A program made the position numbers and the translations under genes. Below, in pieces: positions 1 to 15,200 of a DNA stretch of 64,000 nucleotides. Under the pieces are notes generated by a model that was not told the origin of the DNA, searched no databases, and saw only the letters and a list, made by a program, of their open reading frames with translations. The number at the start of each line of letters is the position of its first letter. Position 1 is the stretch's first letter. The DNA comes from Pecten maximus (Eukaryota). The DNA is taken from the NCBI RefSeq assembly GCF_902652985.1, contig NC_047020.1, positions 43,586,001 through 43,650,000 on the forward strand, written 5' to 3'.

Positions 1-929
1 GTTATATCAATCAAAATCCTAAATAACCCCCAAGCATGTGTCAGACGTGACCGGCCTAACTCCAACTCTTACATGCAGTTTGTTCAATGTTAAGTTATCT
101 GATGTGCGATTCAGTTAAAATTCGGCGTCTGCGTAGAGAACAGCTTGGCCTGTTACCTTGCCACTAGAATTATTTATGTCCAATGCTATTGAAACATATG
201 CAATGTACATTTTGGAACACAGCTTATACGGCATAACAAACGAGTGCCGATACTTCAGATTTTTTTTTTAAAAACAAAGCCTAAAAAATGAAATTGATAA
301 TTACTAATACTTATAAAATTTTATATTCAAAATTACACCAGACAGTGCAAGTTAATTTCATATTCCATCACAAATTTTATTTTAATTACTTTTTTTTAAT
401 TAATAGAATCATATTATCGTCAATTTTGAATGAAAATTACCAAGTTAGATAAACATTACTTGTTATATGTCTGAAATACTTTATACACAAAATTCCTGTT
501 TCTCATCTACGAACACAATCCTTTTGCGAAAATGAAGCTGTTGAAGTAATCTCTGATGTCAACTTTCTTTTTAAAGGAGAATCAACTGAAGACTGCTGGA
601 GTTATTTCCCTTCCTCTGACTAATGTATGGTCGACCTACAGGGTTTGTATTGGTTGTACTCGCGTTACCAGAATTGAACCAGTTTGCGTGGTTTGTCTTC
701 AAAGTCACTTGGATCAAAGAAGGCAGAAGTCATTCATTTATTTTGCAAATGTCCTTCTTTGTTCAAATTCATTTGCTTATTGAATTGTATAAATTGCATA
801 CATGAATATTGACAACACTTCAGGAATTTATCTTACTTCTGTTACATACCGGTAATTAAAATGCAAAATAATATATTTTTATGTTTGAAGCATGTACCAA
901 GTATTTTGTAGGGATGGCAACTACCATTG

Positions 930-1030
930 TATAACTGAACGCATGATCGAACCTGGGACCTCTGGTTTACTAGTCTTGCATTCAACCGATCAAACGAAAG
1001 AGAAGTTGTCTCTAGCTAAGCAGATAAACT
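930..1030 (-). mobile_element. tRNA-like (A/B-box) segment of a tRNA-carrying solo-LTR/SINE-like element whose 5' part was amplified into the 45-bp array
   Basis: The minus strand reads GCTAGAGACAACTTCTCTTTCGTTTGATCGGTTGAATGCAAGACTAGTAAACCAGAGGTCCCAGGTTCGATC (B-box GGTTCGATC) and resembles the outer element at 18192-18863. Confidence 0.55.
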
Positions 1031-2105
1031 GTGGCTAAACTAATGAGAATTTGTCTCTAGCTGAGCAGATATATTGTGGCTAAACAAAAGAGAATTTGTC
1101 TCTAGCTGAGCAGATATATTGTGGCTAAACAAAAGAGAATTTGTCTATAGCTGAGCAGAAATATTGTGGCTAAACTAATGAGAAGTCGTCTCTAGCTGAG
1201 CAGACAAACTGTGGCTAAACAAAAGAGAATTTGTCTCTAGCTGAGCAGATATATTGTGGCTAAACAAAAGAGAATTTGTCTATAGCTGAGCAGATATATT
1301 GTGGCTAAACAAAAGAGAATTTGTCTCTAGCTGAGCAGATAAACTGTGGCTAAACAAAAGAGAATTTGTCTCTAGCTGAGCAGATATATTGTGGCTAAAC
1401 AAAAGATAATTTGTCTATAGCTGAGCAGATATATTGTGGCTAAACAAAAGAGAATTTGTCTCTAGCTGAGCAGATATATTGTGGCTAAACAAAAGATAAT
1501 TTGTCTATAGCTGAGCAGATATATTGTGGCTAAACAAAAGAGAATTTGTCTCTAGCTGAGCAGATAAACTGTGGCTAAACAAAAGAGAATTTGTCTCTAG
1601 CTGAGCAGATATATTGTGGCTAAACAAAAGAGAATTTGTCTATAGCTGAGCAGATATATTGTGGCTAAACAAAAGAGAATTTGTCTCTAGCTGAGCAGAT
1701 AAACTGTGGCTAAACAAAAGAGAATTTGTCTCTAGCTGAGCAGATATATTGTGGCTAAACAAAAGAGAATTTGTCTCTAGCTGAGCAGATATATTGTGGC
1801 TAAACAAAAGAGAATTTGTCTCTAGCTGAGCAGATAAACTGTGGCTAAACAAAAGAGAATTTGTCTATAGCTGAGCAGATATATTGTGGCTAAACAAAAG
1901 AGAATTTGTCTCTAGCTGAGCAGATAAACTGTGGCTAAACAAAAGAGAATTTGTCTCTAGCTGAGCAGATAAACTGTGGCTAAACAAATGAGAATTTGTC
2001 TCTAGCTGAGCAGATAAACTGTGGCTAAACAAAAGAGAATTTGTCTCTAGCTGAGCAGATAAACTGTGGCTAAACAAAAGAGAATTTGTCTATAGCTGAG
2101 CAGAC
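1010..2105. repeat. 45-bp minisatellite, ~24 copies (TTGTCTCTAGCTGAGCAGATATATTGTGGCTAAACAAAAGAGAAT)
   Basis: Directly visible tandem array with two main variants (ATATT/AAACT). Confidence 0.97.
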
Positions 2106-2747
2106 ATACTGGCTAGTATTTACTTGTTTAAAACGGCAACTCGCTTGAGAGTTTATATTTGTAACATTATAAGGTAAAACTGGTACAGACTCGATTAAGG
2201 AACACACAGCCGATGTGCTCTCATATATAGGTGAAAATGACAGCTTCATCATTTTCATACCCTGGAGAAATTTATACAGCATTCAATTAAGTACCACAAG
2301 TAAAAACTCCAGGATAGATATTTCTATGTAGACTTTCCAGTAAAAACAACAAGATCCAGTTGTATGCTGATGGAGTAGTGAACTGGTCGCCCATTACATT
2401 TATTTACATTTCATAAAAAGACAACCAGCCTCACGCTCGCTACACTAGCGATACTAAATACATAACTAAAATAGACTGGGTTAGTAGGCCGGGGTCAAGC
2501 ACATCCTCCGATCCGAAATCTCACGCACACCATCAGCCCTAATGACAACATTCATCCGGCCTCTGGTCAGCTATACAACAGATGTCCGCACTGACCATAC
2601 TGGTGATGTCAGGACATTGCACCACAAGGCCAATACACAAGGTCAAGGTCAGATGTAACAATGTTATGACATCACACATGGTCAGATAATCAAGAAACTT
2701 GACAAATTTATTCAATGTTGTGACATTACATCACAAGTTCACAAACT

Positions 2748-3310
2748 GTCATAACACTGTACCACTCCACAGTAATACCATGTCATAACACTGTACCACT
2801 CCACAGTAATACCATGTCATAACACTGTACCACTCCACAGTAATACCATGTCATAACACTGTACCACTCCACAGTAATACCATGTCATAACACTGTACCA
2901 CTCCACAGTAATACCATGTCATAACACTGTACCACTCCACAGTAATACCATGTCATATCACTGTACCACTCCACAGTAATACCATGTCATAACACTGTAC
3001 CACTCCACAGTAATGCCATGTCATAACACTGTACCACTCCACAGTAATGCCATGTCATAACACTGTACCACTCCACAGTAATACCATGTCATAACACTGT
3101 ACCACTCCACAGTAATACCATGTCATAACACTGTACCACTCCACAGTAATACCATGTCATAACACTGTACCACTCCACAGTAATACCATGTCATAACACT
3201 GTACCACTCCACAGTAATACCATGTCATAACACTGTACCACTCCACAGTAATACCATGTCATAACACTGTACCACTCCACAGTAATACCATGTCATAACA
3301 CTGTACCACT
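2748..3310. repeat. 34-bp minisatellite, ~16 near-identical copies (TGTCATAACACTGTACCACTCCACAGTAATACCA)
   Basis: Directly visible tandem array. Confidence 0.97.
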
Positions 3311-3477
3311 TGTGAAGCATCTAATGACTAAATGTAATGGGAAGTGATCCCGACACATTTCAAGACTTTTTAAAAAGATATCTGAACTATTTTATGCATT
3401 CCATTTGAATTAAAATCCTGGCTAATAATAATGGTGAATAATTTAGTAAATATCTCTGACAATCATAGGTGAAGTCA

Positions 3478-3865
3478 CGGCTGACCGCAGATACAGGTGT
3501 ACCCACGGCTGACCACAGATACAGTACCCTTGGCTGACAACAGATACAAGTGTACTTACAGCTGATACAGCTGACCACAGTTACAGGTATATCCATAGCT
3601 GACCAAAGGTGTATGGTCTCTAACCAGATACAGGTGTCTGGAAGCTGACCACAGATACAGGTTTACCCTTGGCTGACCACAGATACAGGTTTACCCTTGG
3701 CTGACCACAGGTACAGGTATATCAATGGCTGACCACAGATACAGGTGTATCCACAGCTGACCGCAACAGGTGTATCCATAGGTGACCAAGGTGTATGGTC
3801 TCTAATCAGATACAGGTGTCTGGAAGCTGACCACAGATACAGGCGTACAGACACTGACCATAGGC
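3478..3865. repeat. Degenerate ~30-bp tandem repeat (GCTGACCACAGATACAGGT core)
   Basis: About 12 diverged units. Confidence 0.85.
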
Positions 3866-6800
3866 TCTCATGCACACCACAAACTCACAGTAGGGATACC
3901 TGGTGCTCCCTGGTCAGTAATGATAGCACACCCATAGGTTTGGTGCTAATTTCACTCCTCAATTAAAAAGTAGTTATCACAATTAATAAATCTGGAGCCA
4001 ATTCCTTTTGAAATATCCAAAACATTATTTGGTACCTTAACTTCAAAATTTTATAGTATTTCCTATCAAATGCCCATCTACTGTACAATAGTGTCAATTC
4101 TAAGGGATAGGCAATTTTCCACTCTAGATCTTCTTTAGTTGTAAAATATCCTTAATGGCCAAGATTTAGTAAGTAAGAAGCACGGGGGGGTTGGAAAAAT
4201 ATCGGTGATTGCCAAAAAAATGGAACTTTACAGAATTTGAAGACAAGTCAAATAAAATTGGAATATTTCTTTTCGTAATTAGCAGTCATCCTGTACTACC
4301 TAAATTTCTGATAAATGTTTGGATATTGAGATGTTTCCGTTCTTCCACAAAGCTCATCATCCAACTTGAAGACTACCTCAAGGAAATCCAGTGTTAATTG
4401 TGCTCCAACTACACATCCAAATATTAAAACACCAAACAGTTCGTTAACAACCTCTAAAAAAAATTTAAGCATTCTCTTTTCTTTCTTCGAGATATTATAT
4501 CTACTTGCCAACTAGTTTAACAGTTTGAGGACTAGAAAACCAGGCCTAACTATTTTATCACACAAATTCGGTGCGGCCATTGAACCACATTGTCAGAAAA
4601 ATCTGCCGTAACTAGAATAAAGCATTCTCACAGATATGAGACAAGCAATACACAAATCAACATTTTCCCTTCTGCCCAGAATTTGGACAGAAACCTTTAA
4701 CATGTTGGGAAAACAGCACAGTAAATCACTTAAATTTTCACAAACTGCTTTTTAATGATTAAATTATGAGGCGTTTATGAACGAAAAGGTCTTCCAACAG
4801 TTACAAGTGTCTCTGAACATCTTTGAATTTGTAACTATTTTCATGAATGAATGTGAAAATATATATGTTGAGAAATCTTAAGTGATTTGCTGCATGGTAT
4901 AAGATGCTGCCTTATAATGTTTACACAACAAAGTCATCACAGTCGTTCTTCCAGGCGGCTACACATCTGCAGCCCATCTCACATAAAAACATCTCAATAT
5001 TTACTATAATAATGATTCAATGAATTCTGGAATAAAAAAACAAAATGATTTCACAAAATTATGGTTAAAAAACTTAATTCTCGGCAAAAATTGAAATTAA
5101 GACATTAATATTATTGATTGATACAGGTAATTTTTACTACTTCATTAAAAACATTTTTTTTCTTCTGAATTTCAATTTGAATGATGTTCACACACATCTT
5201 CCAAAACTTGAAAGCCCTCAGGGTTCAACATACACCATCCTGACCCATAAACTCGCACAATATCCATACGTAAAACAACTCTCACAACATACACACCAAG
5301 GGAGATAACTCAGTATCTATTAACAAAGCACTTTTCCTGGCCGAGTTAACGCCCTCTCTATTGTCAAGAGGCTGATGATGGCAAGATACAGACCATGCCT
5401 GATAAAAATACGACAAATATTCTGGAGGAAAGCAAGAGATTCATTATGTGGTACAGAAATATATATTTTGTTACAGAAGTTAGCATATACCAGTTTTTAA
5501 TAGACATTTTTATTTTTGTGATTTGTGGACAAGACTACTTGACAGTCAAATGCACATGCAAGTCAAAAATGCGTAATGACAAAAAAAATAATGTTATAAT
5601 TAATTTCTAATCGAGATCAGTCACAAAGACTCTTGCTTTTCTCCTTTTTAATTTACAAAATGCATAAAAGTATACATAATCTTATTGTATCTTTGGTGAA
5701 GAGGCAAATGAAATATATGTATTAAACAAGTATTAAGCAGCAGACCGTTGTATAAACAACACCATGTTACGACAGATAATATCTTCATATGTACAGAAAA
5801 GCTAAAACATTAAACTGGCCTCACTCAAAAATACAATACAATTTTGCAAAATGAGAAAATGAAAATGAATGTCACCCAATACCTTCACTGTCAATTCTTC
5901 ATATAGGTACACTCAGAATTGGACCCTTCATACAATATAAATGCGACAAACAAGGGAAAAAAATATCACAAAATCCTCTATAAATCCATCATTAGTTTGA
6001 GTTAATTAAGAGTGAATTAAAAATATTAAACACATCTGAAGTCTAAAATATTACACTATCCAGCATGGTGTTATAAATACAACAAAAACACAATTCCACA
6101 TGTAAAATGTCTCACTTGATTATTATTCTAAAATTCCAAATGCTTAGTTCATAGCAGACACTAGAATACAAAGTGTTTAAAATCAAGATGCGGAAATTAA
6201 AAGGAATAACATCATGGCACAATCTTCAGAAAAATATATGAAGTTAAAGATAAATGCCCTTTGTCCAGATCATCCATTGTTTTAAAATTCTTACATCATC
6301 TTCAGCACGGACGAAAAATAAATTCCTGTTTTATCAGTAGTACGAGTAATAAGCTGTCAGGCAAACAATGGCGTAGGAATGATGGATTCAATCTGCCATC
6401 AAGATCAACAGATATTGGATCGGTTACTAACTGAGGGTCCAAGATTATTCTTGTCACACAATAAACTTCAAGCTGGGAAGGGTTTGTAATACGACTCCAT
6501 TCCGACATGGATAGGAATGAGTTTAAACTATCAAAGGATTAAGAGAGCTAGGATTACACAAGAATGTAACATCAGACTCAATACACCCCGGTAGTCGGGC
6601 AGCCCTCACAGGGCACCGATACATATGTCCCCTAAATGACCCATGCAGTCATAAATAAAGTAGCCGATATTGCACCAGTGTTTGAAGTGTCATATACATC
6701 TAAACTGGACAACATCTAAATTTCGACCAATCAGAGGCCATGGTCCATCTGATTGGTCAGATGAATGATCGAAAAACTAAAATACGCTTTGCACTGCTGG

Positions 6801-9242
6801 TCATAGACAAACACACATGTAAAGTGTAGTTGAATTCCGCCCAGCGGTTTTCGAGAAAACATTTCGAAAACCTTGTTGGCGGAAGAAATCAGAACAATAA
6901 TAATCAGAAGAAATGGAGCAAAAATTAATTCAGGGACATAATTACAAATAGATGGGCAAGCGCTTCAGGTTTTTGACCTGAACAATAAATATACAAACAT
7001 TTCAGTGATCTGGATCATAAAATGGACAGAGGGCATCTACTCTATACCGATCACAGTCATACACAGACAGGATTTAACAAAAAGATTGCAAAATACATAT
7101 TCATGGAGGTCAAAGGTCAAATACTGCCAATGTCAACAATCTCGATTGCCCTCAATATTCTCCTAGGGCTCTCAGCATTATCAGTACGGCAGAGAATATT
7201 TAGCAGATTTACAACATTTTTGAGACGAAACTGCAAAATAATTTTGACAGATGACCTCCATGAAATTGACAATAGCAAAGTGACTATCACAATCGAAGTG
7301 TATACATCGAAATTAAAAACCATCCCACCTGCTCAAAGAAACTGAAGAAAGTTAAAAGGAAAACAATGGTCAAGTTACATAATCCCTTTAAATCTCGAGA
7401 TTTTGGGGAATGGACCAATTAAACTGCATTCTTACATTATTGCACATCCACTAAAGTTCATTTAAAGTACAAAAATCTCTCCAAAGAACACCAGGTTCAT
7501 AAAAGATATCACAGGAAAAAAAGTACTCAAAAACCGTTTTTCTTTTGTCTTGATAAAGTGATATAGGTTTACCATAAAACACTGTGGGTCACGGATATTG
7601 AACTTTTATCAAAATTCCTATGTATCTTTTTTGTGATTTTATTTAAAATATGTTCAGGTAAATACTTTACAGAGTAATTGCAATTTGCGTATCATGTTTT
7701 CACGTTTTAGAGAATTTTAAAAGAAAGAAGAATAAAACAAAATAACATATTTTCAGTTGGAATTTTAGAACAATAAAAGCTAGAAATCAAATTGAAATCA
7801 AATCCAAAAATAATACTGATGATTGAAAATGAAATTTGTAGGCAATTTAAGCTCCAAATTTTGACTTAAAATCATTGTGTTTTAGTAATGAGCAATACTG
7901 CCGTTTTTCTTGCAGAGGAAAGTTACTAACAGTAAGAGCTATAGTAAAACTCTACTGAACACTGGGAAATATTTGTCAGTTTTTAACTTCTACATTTTTT
8001 CTTTGAAGTGTAGGGAGAATCAATAATATTGACATAAATCGGTATAATGCATTCTATACATACTATTTTCAGTGTTAACGGAAAAATCTACACTAGAAGC
8101 CAACGCCAGAGTATGCAGTGTTTTTTACACGTTTTGTATTAATAGGTTAAAATCTTCGTTCATAAAACAATAATCGCAAAGTATGCACACAGCATACTTC
8201 AGCAAAATATTAGCAAAAATCTAGGCAACATTTGCTCCATATTCTACACTTGTATACTACCACTTCAAATATGGTGACTACACCAACTGTTGTCATGGTA
8301 ACTTAAACTAATCCTCAGATCTCTGAAATATCCTTTATATTTTTGGTAAATGCTAAGGAATTTCAAGACATGAAATCTGAAAGAAAAAAGTTTGGTTACC
8401 GCGTTACATGAGGCAGTTTTTGAAATGGTAGGATGCCTGTGCAGAATATTTTCAGGTGGACAAATGAATTTCTAGGATTATGTGAATGACCCCGACAAAG
8501 TGTAAATGGTGAGTCCCATGCCTAATTACAAAATTACATTTCAATGATTCATGAGTGAAATTACTACAGTGATGAATCGTTTAGCAGCAAAAGTCTATCT
8601 TCAAGGTACTGTGAATTTTTTTTTGTTATAGTATTACAATGCATAAGAAATCCAAAATGAAAAAAAACTTTACAATCAAAATCATTAGAGTTGGAGTACA
8701 AAGTTATGTACAGATGAAAATTTTAAATATTTAAATGCAAAACGTTTAGCTGTAGCACTTGGCACCTGTCCAAGTACAGTTAAGTGACTAAAGCCCTTGT
8801 AAAAAGATTTTTGCTGCTAAGCATGAGCAACATTTTGGAACGTCAGCAATGAAAGTTTCCTTCCCCTCGACTAGTCACGTGAATGGTCAATACGAGAACG
8901 GGCGTCATGGAGAAATCATGACAAGTTGATCCTATATAAACTTTCTCTCTGGCACCGACCAGCAAACTATCATGATAAAACCCTGGTGATGTCAGCAGGA
9001 GCTGGAGTTATGTTATAAGCATGAGATTGAAGTAATGTCCCTGTTTCAAATTAATATCACAGTAAGAAAGTGACTGGCTATGAGACACAGCCTCCCCTCG
9101 TCGGACAATCGTCCGCATGTCACGCAGGTCCAAATCGTTTAGCTGCCATGGCAAATCCGTGACTCGTCAGTTCTACCAACCACTCCTCGTCTCCATGGTG
9201 ATATTCCAAAATGCTGCCGACAGTTATATCTATCATCATGTC

Positions 9243-12200
9243 CTATGAGTTCGTCGTCGTGGAGTTAGTTTCTTCTGACCCTGTTGCTGCCACACTAGTA
9301 TGATTTTGATGGAGCAAACTAATGCTATCATAGCCAGCACCATTCTGTACATACGAGGTCCCAAGTCCATACAGATGGCCACAATACTTTACATCGTCTA
9401 TGTTATCTTCAAAGAACATCTAAAACAAATCAAAACTCACCATTAACAAAACTTATCCAAATACATATTTAGAATCTTACATGTGTCAGATCTGTGGACC
9501 TGAGTGGAAGTATTTGGCTGGCAAGCAGAACTTTTACATGAGGGTTGTGATATCCTTGTCCATGGAAAAGACCCTTGTTTAAGTTTAACTATTACTTACA
9601 AATAAACAAGACAGAAGACAACATAGCTCAACAAGTGGGTTGAAATTCAGAATTCTTTTTTTTTTAAGTAGGTTTAAGTTCAAAGTCAAGGTCAGCAGGT
9701 CCACTAATGTACCAACAGAAAGGTCACAAGGAACACAAGTCAAATATGAAAGCCCTATCTCATGGTTAACATACTGTGGCCAAGACTCCAGTAGGTCAAA
9801 GGTCGCTGTCAAGGTCAAGAGGTCCACAATGGAGTACCAATGGAAAGGCTTTGTCACAATGAACACACATCAAATATGAAAGCCCCATAAGTTAACAAAA
9901 TGTGGCTAAAGTTATATTTTTTTTTAAGTAGGTCAAAGATCACAGTCAAGGTCAGCCAGGTTAACACTAATGGAAACATCTTGTCACAAGGTCACATATG
10001 TCAAATAATCTCTATCTATCCACATTAACATTGACACAACACTGTTTAAGCTTTAACATAGCTGTCTACGGAGGATGTTGACACCTCATGTTTAGCAATA
10101 GTTCCCCTGGAGTTGTCACGGCGAGGTAACAAATGGCGTCCATTGACAAATCATTATAATTACATCATGACACCAGCTGTTTTTCCCTACCCCATGCGAA
10201 ATAGAATTATCTCCCCTAGCAAAACACTTTCTCTACCACAACAACACAGAAATTTCATACCACTTTTACTTTAAATTTTCGGATTTCTCAGACACTCGTT
10301 GTCAGCAGTGTTAACAGGATTACACCTGGGCCCAGTTGTTCAAAACGTGATTCGCTTTATCACTTGATTAGTGAAAATTTCATTTCTCATTTGTGGGTAT
10401 ATCGTCTTGAAATTATGCCAGTTGGAAGAGAATTAAGAATTACAGAATTTCACAAAGTTTTGTCGAGTAAGTTCTACCAGAAATTTTTATATCAGGATTT
10501 GAAAAATGTTGTTAAAATGTGATTAGCCTAATCACCTTTTGAACAACTGGACCCTGATTGGTGTATAAATCGCAAGGCAGTGGAACTGGCTGTGTAACAG
10601 GCTTTGTACAAACGTCATATGCCAGACCTAGCAGGATAAAAATTACTTTATCCAAAGTTAGATGTCTATTATTTATATTTTTCATAATTGTCCCCCGACA
10701 ACATCAAATTTAAGCTATTTACCTCTCTCATTTTGAAGAAAGCTGCTCCCGTTAATAAACTATCACTTCCAGCTTGGTGCTGCGGTCCTATCCTTTCAAT
10801 CTGAAATTACAACAATTATCTCAAATGTTAAACAGCAGCCAATAGTAAGAACACCATTATTTTAAATGTATAGACAGGGTACCATTTTCTTAATCTCAAA
10901 CAACATCCAAATATCAAGCTGCGTACCTTTAAACTTCCCAAATTTTCTTTGAACTATGTATGAATTTAATTACTTGTCTGTAATATTTGTTTTTGCAATG
11001 TTTTGCAGTCAAAAACAGACTTTGCCCAAAGTTTAAATGTTAGCAAAAACATGAGTAAGCTGTCTGTTATCAAATTTCACAGAAAATCTATATTACTCGG
11101 TTTTTAATGAAAGGGGAATAACTCTCTTCCTCCACTGGATAAACAGAACTCCAAATTGTTTATCTATATTCCTTAATTCATATTTTAAATCACATATTCT
11201 GCTTATGAAATGTATCTTGTTTTTTTAGGGTTCAAGAAATGAAAATACAGCATAATTCTTTTTCCAGGTAACAAAACAGTATCTCTGCCTGTAGGATTTT
11301 GTAGAGTTAAAAAAAAAAAAAAGGTAAAATAAGTAGATTCATTTCTAAATTCCAAAAACAATGACTGATTTGTAAAGCATTAGAAGACTGGTGTGGTAAT
11401 CTATGTTGGGTTTATTCAGTCAAACCTGACTTATGTGACCTTCCAATGGAGGTCATATATGACAGGTGGTCTCTTAATCCAGGTTCTGGTCACTATTGTA
11501 AATAACATTGGGAGGGAAAAATACGGTCACTTATGAGAGGGGGGGGGGGCTTAATTCATGTGGTCACAAGGCAGGTTTGACTGTATTTGTTTAGGTGCTC
11601 TGAGAGATTAAGGAGCGATACTTCAGACAACTTCTAGACAGATAGATGGACACCCTAGTTCCACTGTACAACTATTTTCTTGTCAGGTCTATGGGTATTA
11701 AAATGAAAATATTATTGGCATACAGCTAGGCTTATGTGAAAAAAAACTGACTTGTAAGAATTCCACTTCCATTCGAAATCTTTTTCAACTTCTGAAACTT
11801 TATTGAAGAAATTCAACTCAGCATTTTAGCTCATTACAAATTCAACACAACAAAATTCCACTTCCATTCCAAAATCTTTCTCAACTTCTGAAACATTTTA
11901 GCTCATCCAATAACCTCTTCAATGGAAGCAGTAGGCGAGTCATATTGGATTTATGATACCATACAAATCTAAGCTTAATGATATCACTCAGATTTTGTTA
12001 ATGACGAAATGAAACAAATGGGGCAAGTGACAAAGTAATTAAGTATTGAAATTGAAAATATCTACACAAACTATTCTGTCTGAACTCTCTAACACAAGTA
12101 ATTACTTAATTACACTCCTCACCTCTAGCTGTTCAGCAACCTCCTGGAGACCTCCCTTGAGATTTTTACAGCTCTTCATCAGATATTTGACGTCGTAAAT

Positions 12201-15200
12201 ATTTGGGAAGTATATACGTAGCATCTCGAAAAAGTCCGACTCTTCCCTTGGCAACTTTGAGTCTGTCAACATCTTCAGCAGATAACCGAAGTCATACCCA
12301 CTGAAATTCAAATCACGATTTTCAGAATATAGTTAAATAACATCTTGATGTCACACCAATTCAATATCATTTTTCATTTTTCATTGCGGTCCCCTGTCAA
12401 CGGCTCACAAATGTACGCCAAATCATGACATTATATATATTCTATCTACCTATAAGCAACTCTTTAATTTTCCCCATTGTCATTTGTAAGCAGTTTACTG
12501 ATTGGTCAAAAGTGGAAAAGATCACTTTTATAGAATGAATAATTTTCGATATTTCACTGGTAAAACTGTAATAAAAGGTAATACATGTACTGTATTATTT
12601 TCCTTTACCTGTGGAAAGATAACCATTTAATTTCCTCATTCAAAACAATTCCAGACGTCATTAAAAGCTCTGCAAAGTCGTTGACATCGATTCCGTCATT
12701 TATGTGCTTTTCAAATTGGATTCCCGAGTTCTGTAGCAGATCTATGGATTCCTGGGCATACATGTCCTCTCTGACGGCCAAAAATCAATCATAAGTTACA
12801 AAAATCTCCCAAATGGGACAAAGCTAATCCCAAAATTACCAAACAGTTTAAGGGTCAATATCGTAAAAGAAACCCACTATAATTGTAGAGATACCTAAAT
12901 TTCAGCTTGGCATTGGAAACACGATATTTGGAGAATCTCCTGTTTGATAAATTTCTTTGAATTACTGAGGTATTCAATACATGGTCACACAAGTTCAACA
13001 GATATGCTTGGTCCAATTATGAATATTTCACATGATTTTTTTTATTAAACTAAACCAGGGATTTCCCTACAATTTTTTGTCTGAGTCCAGGGTCCATTGA
13101 ATTGGCTTTTTTACACAACAAAATGTGAAATTGGGAAAACAAAGGAAAGTTTAATTCAAACAAATTCATGTTCTTAATAGATATTACCTTTATTTTTTTT
13201 TTATTTCATTTTGTATTTGCATCTGTTATTTATTCAAAATTGCCCGAGGTCTTTTCACATCAAGCATATTTAATCTTGAAAAATTGGCCTTTATTTCAGG
13301 AATTCTCAGTGGCAAATTGGGAATTTTCAAAAGATTTTTTCTTTAGGGGGATGGGTCCTTCTAATGGACCCAGATTCTTTTGTAGGAAAATCCCTGCTAA
13401 ACAAAATAAATATATCTCAATGGAAGAAAAAACAACAAGAGTTACATATGTCCCTCTTTGTCAATGTAGTAAGTTTTAAGAAAACTCAAAAATTCACTAT
13501 AATTTCAGTAATTTTTCCAAATACAACCAAGAAACCTCCACATAATCACATGGAAGCACCTTGTATACATTACAGACATGTGTAAATATTGGTACATTGC
13601 AAACCAAAATCAATAATAGAATTCATGTAATCTGTAGGGTGGCCAGCGATGTCCATATTACAATACAACTACACTCCAGGTTTTTGATGAAATAACATTC
13701 TTTTGAGGAACTGAAACTGAGCTAAATACAGAAATTTTCATTCCATAATCCCAACACCCCTAATTTCCAGAGTAACTGAATAGTAAGCAAGGTTTTTTTT
13801 TCTTACTTTAGTATCATTACAAAATAAGTTAGTTCAATCAAATTACAATCTATATGCAATTTCCAAAGGGTTTACAAAATCTAATTTTCAATTTGCAACT
13901 TATTGTTTGGCAATAAAACTATGTTTTCTAAATAAGACATCTCAGAGAGATTTTTTTTTTCAGTGCCCACCATTGGATGTTCTTAATTGGTTCTTTGTAA
14001 GATTGATCTTTTCTCTTCTTTCCTCTCTTCCCCATTATTTTCTGAGAAGTAACGAGGATTGTTTACAGACATACAGCCACGCCCAAAAGGATGGACAACG
14101 GGCAATCTGATCAACTCACCATCTGATGAGTGAGCTTAAACTTTGTAAAACTAAATAAAGACACTTTCATGTTTAAGTGATTAATAGATTGTGCCAAACC
14201 TTACGTCAGATTATATTTGAAGTTGAACTGCCATGTCGATACTGGTTCTGGAGTTTCACCCAATTCGTTTTGAAATGTGACTCCAACTTGAATGATCTTT
14301 AGCAGATCCACGTTACAGCGGAGTAACTGGTAGGAGTAATCTGCAGTGCTCCGGAACTCTCCAATAGGTCGAGCAACCACACCTGGAAACTCGGTGTCCT
14401 GAAAATGAAGGATAAGTACTTAAGCTACAGGATAACAAATAAAGGATATCACCAGTGTTTCCTTCTGTATTACATTTTATCTTTCAAACAGATGCGAGGA
14501 AGGTCTTGCAATAACCTCATTAATTAATGAACACTATTTAACAAATATTTGACCTTGATATGAACATTACGCAAATATTTATTCTCTGGCAGAAAATTCA
14601 GCATCTCTGGTCCTTTAGGCAAGTTTGGGTTTATAAACAAGTGAAACATAGTGGTCCAATTACTGATTTAGTAGTATCTTACATTACTCTAAGGGAAACG
14701 TAAAGATTACAAGAAATTTTGCATTTGCCAATTGGGCAAGTTGTCACCAATATTTACTTGCCCACAGACCAAATAAACTGGCCCTGAGTTTTTTGCTTGC
14801 CCTTATGCTCAAAATTTGTAAAACCTCAAAAAAATATTGAAAAATGTGTTTGTTTGGTTTCTATATCAACAGGTCATAGAAAGAGGAGTCATATCAGATC
14901 TGGATGAAGGGGCAAAGCAACGACTATTTGCACCTAACAGAGATATCCTTAATAGTTAATTTAACACACAACACATGTACACAGGTGTTCCTTTAGTTTA
15001 AGATTAGAACCTGAACACAATTACTCTCAAGATCAGACTTAATTTATCATGAATAACATATTCCAAATATCAACTAGTCTTATTTTTACCATTGCGACAT
15101 ATCTGTATTTGGTGACAACTAGTCTTATTTTTACCATTGCGACATATCTGTATTTGGTGACAACTAGTCTTATTTTTACCATTGCGACATATCTGTATTT

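Noticed and set aside
1010-3310. Regular arrays superficially like CRISPR
   Set aside because: Head-to-tail units with no unique spacers, no cas genes, eukaryotic context.
2400-9242. Possible multi-kb CNOT7 3' UTR or additional gene
   Set aside because: No spliceable coding exons recognised; several minus-strand AATAAA exist but the transcript end cannot be determined from sequence alone.
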